DNA of 57,274 nt, the filler included, from Sphacelaria rigidula (taxonomy: Eukaryota), in assembly GCA_964200075.2 (NCBI GenBank). It is 6 parts of 6 records of this genome, joined end to end, with 100 filler letters (N's around TTAATTAATTAA, not from the genome) between each part and the next. Parts side by side here need not be neighbours in the genome. Positions count along the whole stretch, not along the records: positions 47,814 to 57,274 come from CAXNAA020008446.1; 5 more parts are not named here. One strand, written 5' to 3'. The translations under genes and the position numbers were made by a program. The notes beneath the pieces are model-generated. The model was not told where the DNA came from. It ran no database searches and was given only the letters and a program-made list of their open reading frames with translations. Shown here piece by piece: positions 49,550-57,274 of this stretch (position 1 is its first letter; every line of letters starts with the position of its first letter).

Positions 49550-51149
49550 TGCGAAAGGAAGACGCTTGAGCTCGAGGGACAATTCCGTATTAATCAAGCG
49601 CAGATGGGCGAGATCGACGCTCAAGCCGCAGAGATCGAGTTACTTCGCACAGATATTTTGGGGCTGAAAAGGTACACCAGCCATTGAAACGGACAGGTGG
49701 TATAACGGTACGCCGTTGAACTGGGCGTGTCGATTCGCACATCGGTGGATCATATTCTGCGGAATTAACGATAGCAAAAATACCTGTACATTCTGGTCGA
49801 CCAAAGCGCAGCGAGGATAGCACGTGCACGGAGCCCCCATACGTCAGGGTCGAGTTGCGTACAGTCTGAATATGTTTCGTCGCTAGGCTTAGCACTACCC
49901 AATCAGTACGGAACGATACTGTAGTGGTGGAAGCACCCCCCTTCCCCACACCGTCCTTGTCACGTAAAAAAAAAGGAAACTCTTGACAAGGGAGGGAGAA
50001 GTGTCAGACGGACGGGCAACTACCAGTAACCTGAGACGAGAGCTGTCACGTGTACGCAGCGAGTTCATAATGAGCACCTCCAACCGGAGCGAGCAGCACA
50101 GCGCATTATTGGGGGGGCATCGTGGCGGAGGCAACCCTCGACGATCACGTCCGATTCCTCAAGGAAGTCGTCACGCAAGTAGCAACCAAGCCCTTGGCCA
50201 AGGTCATGCAACGCGCGGCGGACACCAGTTCTCTGAGGAGTGGGCGATGGACAGACCCTCTCCGTGTCCTGTCGAGGATACTCCCGTGTCGCGGCTTGGG
50301 TCCAACGTTTTCAAAGAATTCCGGCAGGGGGGGTCCTGTAATGACGTGTTCGTGTCGAGAGTGGACAGGATTCCGACTGCCGATAGTGCGGAAAAAACTC
50401 GCCTGGATCCTTTAAGAACGGGGAACGGAGGCGAAGAAAGCGCTTCACGCTCGCCGATTTCGCGTGCTCGAGGTATGAACGACAGACGCAAGAAACTACT
50501 GATTGCGCACGGCATGGTTCAGGGCTCGGTCAAAGTCAGTTGGGGAGACTGCAGCGATATTTTCCCGGGAGGTAACTGGCCCGAAGTGGGGGTATATACC
50601 GCGTGGTTTTGGTGTACGCTCTTGCACATGTTTCTCAGCATGGCACTTCTAAAGCTCAGCCGGCGATACCTGACGTGAGAATCAAGCACATTCATACCCA
50701 TGTACCGCATGATGCGACTTGTACCGTTGCCTATTTTACTCTATTTTAGAGGCTCTCCCGTACCGAGTTGCCAGAAAGCTTCTCTACTATCCCCAAAATG
50801 TTTCATAATTCAATTCACAAATTGTGTTGGGGGAATGTATTTGTCGCTGCATTCAGGCTGTGCCAAGAATACCGCGCCACCGATGAGAGGTACCAAGCCC
50901 AACCAAGCCAGGTCTGAGACGATCCCTACAGCCAACGCGTCCACCCTTCGGGTGCAAGGATCCATTTACGTGGGAACAGGACTGGGCGTCAGAAAAACGC
51001 CCGCCTGGGTTCCCACTGGGGGCCCTACGAAGGAATTCTTAGCCAATATTTTGGGCGATCAGCGGCAGCAACAAGCTGAGCCTGACGACGCAGTAGTTAC
51101 AACAATTGCTGATACGGCACAAGAAACGTTGCCAGAGGAGCACGATTGA
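49550..51149 (+). CDS. Last three exons (49550-49671, 49991-50571, 50857-51149) of an uncharacterised coiled-coil protein
   Basis: Pyrimidine-rich acceptor at the first exon and phase-compatible GT-AG joins (LK-R|EGEV; FPG-G|CAKN). Heptad-like EIDAQAAEIELLRTDILGLK. Stop at 51147-51149. Confidence 0.68.
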
Positions 51150-51324
51150 TGGATTATCATTCCCACTATCTATGTCCGCTGTTGGCCATGCTGCTTGTGC
51201 TTGCAGTCACTCATCCACCTGCCTTTTCTTGGGATGTCTCGGGATGTAGTGATACTGTCGACGTCGCGCGTTTGTAATTAAAACAAGCCTCCCCCCCTCC
51301 CCCTCCCCCCACTCCCCCAACCAT

Positions 51325-51831
51325 ATGAAAGATAATCAGTACGCTTTGGGCCGAATACATCACGGCGCTTTGCGCTTGGTGATTGATTGCGAGCCTGGTC
51401 CGGTGAAAACCGGGTGTGCTCCATCCTGGCTTTGTAAGGATGCGAGGTGAATGATTCATATGGCTATGGTATGCATGATCATGAGTACACCCCTCCCCTC
51501 CCCCGCAAACATATGGTGAGAAACATATAGTGAGACACCCATGAGGCAGTGTATACGCCGTGGCTGTCTCAGGAAATGGCGATACCAGAAAATAAAGCAA
51601 CTGATTATAGGCATCCAAATGCAAGACAATCAGTACGCTTCGAGCCGACCAATCTCAGCAGGATGCAGCTCACCCTTCATGCGACTCGCCGAACACACCA
51701 CGTCGCTTTGCGCTGCGTGGTGTGAGTGCGAGCCTGGTCCGGCGAAAACCCGGCGTGCTCTGTCCCGGCTTTCTAGGGATGCGAGGTCAATGATCTTATG
51801 ACTACGGCATGCACGATCATGAGTACACCCC
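51325..51831 (+). mobile_element. Two tandem 5'-truncated family A copies
   Basis: Both end in GATCATGAGTACACCCC (~51490 and ~51830); the array follows a C-rich tract at 51289-51318. Confidence 0.85.
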
Positions 51832-52026
51832 AAACATATCCGTGACCTAGCGAGAATCCCGATATATTTTTTCCACGTGGCGACCTCAACCGTTTGGGGA
51901 TCGTGGCCTACAAACAACGACAAATCCTGTTCGAGAGTGGTCATTTGTGGATAGTGGCCGATGATACGGGATACATCCAAAAATCTCGTTCCGTACGACA
52001 GTTAATATGTACACACACTGCCGCCG

Positions 52027-52097
52027 CGCCCCGGTGGTGAAATGGCCCGACTGTCGCCATCAAGTTGAAGAGCACGAGGATTCGATTCCCGATGCGT
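52027..52097 (+). other. Degenerate tRNA-like Pol III promoter (possible SINE head)
   Basis: A-box TGGTGAAATGG (52035-52045) and B-box-like GGATTCGATTCC (52078-52089). Stems are poor, so this is not a functional tRNA. Confidence 0.4.
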
Positions 52098-55000
52098 TCT
52101 GTTTTTTCTTTTGCACTATTTGATTTCCACTGTGGAAAGCGTGAGAACGTGAGTAAACAAAGTAGTCGACTGAGTTTGTTTGACGTGAGTTGACGCGGTG
52201 CGGGAGAGTGCTGACCCGAACGGCGAGACCAAAATGCAAGGCGTGTACCGGGGGAGAGAGGGGTTGATCCCTGGAGACTACGGACTTATCCCCAGAAAGG
52301 TGGGTGGTTCAAAGTGAGATAGGTAATAAATAATGATAGAAGAAAATGAAACAGACGTGCAACGTCACAACACAGTCGGTACAGCCTGTCGCTTCACAGT
52401 AAAGCATTTCCATCATCCACCGCTGGCAGAACAGTGTATTGTACGAAACGCAGGAAACTGCTGGAGTACAGCAATCCGAAGATGGGCATAAATGATGCGG
52501 CATGGCGACGCACCCCTACATTCCCCCGTTCCCACCACAGCCACATACATATGAGAGGAGACATGGGATACCGTGAACCACAAGCGCGAATAGTAGGATG
52601 TAGAAGATACAGAGCTAAGTAGCTAGCGTAGTTACATAATCAAGTGATGATGTGTCGGGTTATAGCTTGGTAAGCCTCCCAGGCAAAGAGAATCGGTTGT
52701 TCCCAACTTGCGTAGCATTCATACACAAACACACGCACATCAAACATCAAGGGAGCCAACGTACAAGAATAGCAATATATACATATATATATATAACTGG
52801 GCGGTATGAACAATCCCAACGGACAAAAGTATAACATCATTCACAGCAGCAACAAAAAGCAATGCCGAAGACAGCAACAACGACGACGACCACCACCGGT
52901 TGCAGCAACTAAAACAACGGCAAACGTAAGGCCTTTAAGGTGCGGTGAAAGATGATTATCAACTTTACGGTGCTGCAAGGCTCTAATCTCGCTCCCGAGG
53001 GTGTCGGCTATATCTCCAGCATTTTGTGACCTCCCCCGTCACACCGAACGGTAGCGTTGCACCTGTCTGGAGATCGCGGCTTGAATGGTCATTAAGATAA
53101 CTTGTTTGATGCGATCGGAGAGAGTTCTTCTCTGGGGCAGTTCTGTCCAAAACATATTTGACAATCACCATCACCGCCCACCACACATGAAAGCCCTTTT
53201 ACTGTTGTCGTCGGTCTCGTTTTTCGTTTCTGTTTGTTGGTCATCATTCACATGATAATAGCCGTACCAGAGACAAATAAAAACTGCAACACTCGCTCAA
53301 GAAAGTTGAAGAGAGCAGAAAAGGTAAAGCAGGCAACCGGACTAGTCTAAGAAAAGAAAAGAAAAGAAAAACAAAGAAAAACAAAGAAAAAAAGGAAAAA
53401 CAGATTTGAAAAGAGAAGAAGGAAATGTAGAAAGAGTAGAAATGGCCGGCCTCTGCCACATGGCTTCTGCGGGAAAGGTCTTGCGAAGAAACCACACTCA
53501 CACCCAATCGAACAAAACCAAAGACCGTGGGAAAACTTGCGACTCATCTATAATACTACGACGTCGCTATTTTGATATTTCTGTTGGAATTAAATGCAGT
53601 GACACTATGGTTATATGATCATGTTCATGTTGGCGCAATGTGCTATTATGTCCGATGGCTAGAAATGTGTGGCATATCTTATAGCCCCCTGCCCCCCCCC
53701 CGACTAGCACGTCGACACTAGGATTAAGATATGTATTCTGACGGACGTGATTTTCCCGAAGCTTGAGTATGCAGGAGGATAATGGGAAGGGAACACGAAG
53801 TTTGCGAAGCAGCTGGAAACCGTACAGATGATATCAGCTGAGAGATAACTTGGATGCTCAAAAACGTCGAGTGAAAAGAGGGTTAGTATCAAGCGCAGAA
53901 TTGGGAGTGTACCCACTTGAAGCAAGTAGAGACAACCTATATTGAAATGCAGTAGCAATATAATGTAAGGAACAGGCCAAAGAAGACATTACCAGTCGTA
54001 GGTGATAGGGCTGTATGGAAGAGTTGCTGTATGTAGCGATAGTCCCCCCCCCCCACCCGGAAAAATGGCTGGATTGAGGAGCCAAAGTCTACAAGCGAAT
54101 CAAAATGACGGAGTCGAGCACACCGAGTAGCTAGGGACTCCGCCGCTTGAGATCGGTATCGCCAATGTAGCCCACATGAAACGCTCCATACGGTCTGAAA
54201 CTAGCTCTTCGTGACAGTTTTGTGGCCGACTTGAGAGGGACCATCGCGGCATTACCTGGAAGAAACCAAAGGGCAGGTTGGAATAGGGTGGGGTAGCTTG
54301 CAGTCGAGAAAGGCTGGAAAGATATGAAGAGAAACAAGAGGAACATTCCGTAGGTGAATGTGGAGGGCACAAGACAAAAGTAAACGGAAGGAGAGAAATA
54401 CGGGGGAAACAAGAGCTATGATGAGACAAAAACGTGGACGAGGAAGCGTACCTGAAGATATACGGAGGGGTTGAGAGAAGTGCCACTAATGAAAACATAA
54501 TATACACGCAGATAATATATGGGGGGGGTGAGAGAAGGGCAGATAGTACCTGCATGGCCCAATGGACTACACGAAAAAGCTGAAACTGCGATTTCGAATG
54601 GGAGATCTGAATCTGCCAGAAAGAAGAACACCAGTCGTCGGGTGTAGGAAGTTGACGCACAGAATTGCAACATGCATGGCAGAACAGCAGAGAGTATACT
54701 TCGTCTGAAACAAAAGTTAGCTCGATTATGGTGCGCAGATCATATCTTTTGAACGGAAGAGCGTGCGATGCTATAGTTAGGTTCATTGCAAAGCTACAAT
54801 CACGGAGATGCTCATGAAAAAAACGAACAAAAAATCCGAGATGCTATTAGTGAGAATCTGTGGGGTCAAAACACTGTACCCTATTTTGGCCAATATTTTG
54901 GGAATTATTTGAGAATGTTTCTGAGAATGGTTTTTGAGACTTTTCTGAGAACTCTTGAATGGAAGTCCGTTTACCGCCCTCCTTCGTGGCAAAACCACGA

Positions 55001-55635
55001 TGAATACCGTAAACACCCCCCCTCGTCGCCAGCGGGGCGTTGAGGTGTCATTAGGCCGCCGCTATGCCCTGGCGATGGAGGTAGCGCTGGCCATTCCGCC
55101 AGGCAAAGTAAGGCTGCCCAAGGGCGTTGCCGGCCCCCTCGCCCAGCCCTACGGTGTTGGCCTTGAATACCCCGCACAGCTATGGAAGAGCTGCAAAGCA
55201 TTGATCAAAGGCACCCAGGAGCTTGGCCTCTCAAACAAACCTTGTAGCGGGCGGTCGTTGCTGCTTACTTCAACGAAGGAGGCGGCACTGCGGGCGGTAA
55301 TTTGGTGTTTTTCTCCCCCGGAAAAGAGGCGAAATATGGTCTTTTTTGGGCCGACTGATCTTTTGGGCCGCTTGCCCATGCAGGAGGCTGCGCAAGAAGA
55401 GTAAAAGAAGAGGGTTTCAAGTCGAAAAATGACAAAGATTTCAAAAATATCATCGCCGACGGCATCGGGCATGGCTAAGATCCAGTGCAAACGTAATCGA
55501 CTTAACTTATGTGTCGGAGAAAGTATGTAGAGGGAGAATGTGGACTACATACACCCTGCACAATATGCCGTCATTATTAGTTGCAGTAGAAAAACTTGTT
55601 CTGCGCAAAGTGCAGGCCTGTTGCAACTACTGCAT

Positions 55636-56014
55636 AACACGCGGCCGTTCGGTTACCCCCCCAAAATTCTCTACCGCGATTTTCATCGTCTCGAAGGTAA
55701 AATACCCTCTAGGGGATATTTCATCCTCAGATGCGGTCATAAAAGAATCCTCTGGAGGGCATCTGATGCTCCGGTGACTTCTGAGGTCTGACTCCCTCGA
55801 GAATAACGAAAACGATGGTGCTCTGGAGGGCCGCGCATCCTCCAAGTTTCTCCAGAGGGTGCGCGGCCCTCCAGAGGCAAAGCAAGCCTCTGGAGGCGTT
55901 TGATCCCAACCCTCTGGAGGGCCGCGCACCCTCTGGAGGAGATTAATTCCTCTGGAGGCTCGAATAGTTAACCGGAACAGAGTATTTTGGGGGGTAGCCG
56001 AACGGTCGCGTGTG
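55636..56014. mobile_element. MITE with ACACGCGGCCGTTCGG TIRs and internal CTCTGGAGG repeats
   Basis: ACACGCGGCCGTTCGGTTACCCCCCCAAAAT pairs with ATTTTGGGGGGTAGCCGAACGGTCGCGTGT. At least 6 CTCTGGAGG/CTCCAGAG motifs inside. Confidence 0.8.
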
Positions 56015-56221
56015 AAGGGTAGGTCGGGTAGGGCATATATGATATTCGGCGTTTTGAAAAGTCGCACACCACTGGCCTAGGTCAGTTACAAGGACTTGTA
56101 TGGGCTCTAGAGCGGGGAATAACATCATCAATCGGACTGGCTGTGGCTGTGGGCCTGAGTCGGATTTGCACTTTTCAAATTTCCATCAGTATCGAGTATA
56201 GCCCATACCCGACCTGCCCTT
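56015..56221. mobile_element. Small MITE
   Basis: AAGGGTAGGTCGGGTAGGGC pairs with GCCCATACCCGACCTGCCCTT. Confidence 0.7.
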
Positions 56222-56595
56222 GAACTCTTGGCCACATTTTGTTCAGGGCACGCGACTATACAATGGCATCTTAGAGGAGATGAGGGAAGTAAATGAACAT
56301 GAGAGATTGTTTACATCTTAGATGAGATGAGGGAAGTAAACGAACGTGAGAGATTGTTTGGCACTTGGGATATCAGCGACAAAACGATCGCGATAATACT
56401 TCGCAGTATAGTAGGAGCCAGATGGTGGCCACAGACGGCGAAACAGGAAGGGGATAAGATTGGTTAAAGCTTCTTCTTGTGTAAAGTACGGAAAAAGCTA
56501 ATGTGCGCCAAAATAAATGTTGAAGGTGTCTCTACAAGGCGTAGGAAAGGTGCTCCGTCTCGAAAGGGATACGTGGTCAATGGTCGAATGACAAA

Positions 56596-57176
56596 GGAGA
56601 GAGTTTCCTCGAAAATGAGGTTGAACATTAAAATCCAGTTAATCTCCAAAACAGTACCTTCCCTGACCTAAAGTCACGACAAATAATTTTCACACAGAGG
56701 GCCTCATGCCCCTTGACCTCCCTGATCCTTTGTTGGGGGTTCCCCGTCTTCCGTTCCTCTCCCAAAAGGGTATGTCAACGGTTTTTGCGCCATGTGTGGA
56801 AGGAGCGTAATGAGCACCGAAATGTTGGAGTTGCCCCTATTAGAAATAGGAACGTTGCTCTGTCCCGAAAGGGATACGTGGTAAATGGGCAAACGACTAG
56901 GGCAAGCAACAAATGAGTACGCCCCCCCCCCCAACGGATATGTGCGAGAGTACCATTTTCGAGAAAAATGCGTCCGTTTCTTCACCCCGAAATCGAGGCA
57001 AAAAGGTGTTTTCGCACATGCCCTTCGGGGGAATGGAAGACGGGAAACTCTCAAAACATGTTTCACGGAGGTCGGGGGAATCAGGTCGTCCATAGAAGAG
57101 TCATTTATCATTACTTTAGGTCAGGGGATAAAACACTGTTTTGGAGTCCGACCTCATTTTCGAGGAGATTCTTTTC
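56596..57176. mobile_element. Palindromic MITE (family of 626-995) inserted in the LINE 3' end and itself carrying a LINE 3' end (56776-56932)
   Basis: TIR CCTCGAAAATGAGGT / ACCTCATTTTCGAGG splits ...ATGACA|AAGGCAAGCAACAAATGA. The inner insertion is flanked by CCCAAAAGGGTATGT / CCCCAACGGATATGT. Confidence 0.85.
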
Positions 57177-57274
57177 AAGGCAAGCAACAAATGAGTACGC
57201 CCCCCCCCCCCCCCCCCCCCGCACGAACGGGGGGCGGGGGCAAAGGGCAAACGTCGGAGGCAGGCAAAAACAAA

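Larger units (their letters stand above)
53703..57220 (+). mobile_element. 5'-truncated decayed LINE (ORF2 C-terminal part) with nested insertions, ending in poly(C)
   Basis: Relic peptides DTRIKICIL..PKLEYAG, AELGVYPL, LKIYGGLRE, LHGPMDY.KKLKLRFRMGDLNLPERR, ILEEMR, RWWPQTAKQEGDK, GAPSRKGYVVNGRMTK..ASNK* in colinear order. Interrupted at about 54023-54256, 54790-56265 and 56596-57176. Confidence 0.85.

Noticed and set aside
55700-55965. CTCTGGAGG repeats as a CRISPR-like array
   Set aside because: They are only 9-10 bp, irregularly spaced, in both orientations, inside TIRs, and in a eukaryotic context with no cas genes.

Overview
Eukaryotic, repeat-rich genomic DNA, most likely from a brown alga (Phaeophyceae). 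This inference rests on an EsV-1-7-repeat gene, long GT-AG introns and LINE ORF2 fragments of a type I recall from Ectocarpus-like genomes. The window is not one contiguous locus. It is six near-equal pieces (9463, 9463, 9463, 9463, 9461, 9461 bp) joined by identical 100-bp N44-TTAATTAATTAA-N44 linkers, so adjacency across linkers means nothing. Piece 1: decayed chromodomain-bearing Ty3/gypsy LTR retrotransposon (LTRs 3768-4026 and 8735-9001, TSD GATT) inside a long fold-back element, plus MITEs. Piece 2: single-exon EsV-1-7 repeat protein. Piece 3: head-to-head HMG-box gene and COX15. Piece 4: mostly repeats, including a second fold-back of the same family. Pieces 5-6: exons of uncharacterised proteins, SINE-like arrays and a nested LINE. 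The most striking recurring signal is a LINE whose ORF2 stop codon is followed after only 5 nt by poly(C) rather than poly(A). Its TSDs begin in C-runs, and a non-coding partner family shares its 3' end. This suggests a poly(C)-tailed, G-run-primed retroposition system. All calls were made by eye; no searches were run.
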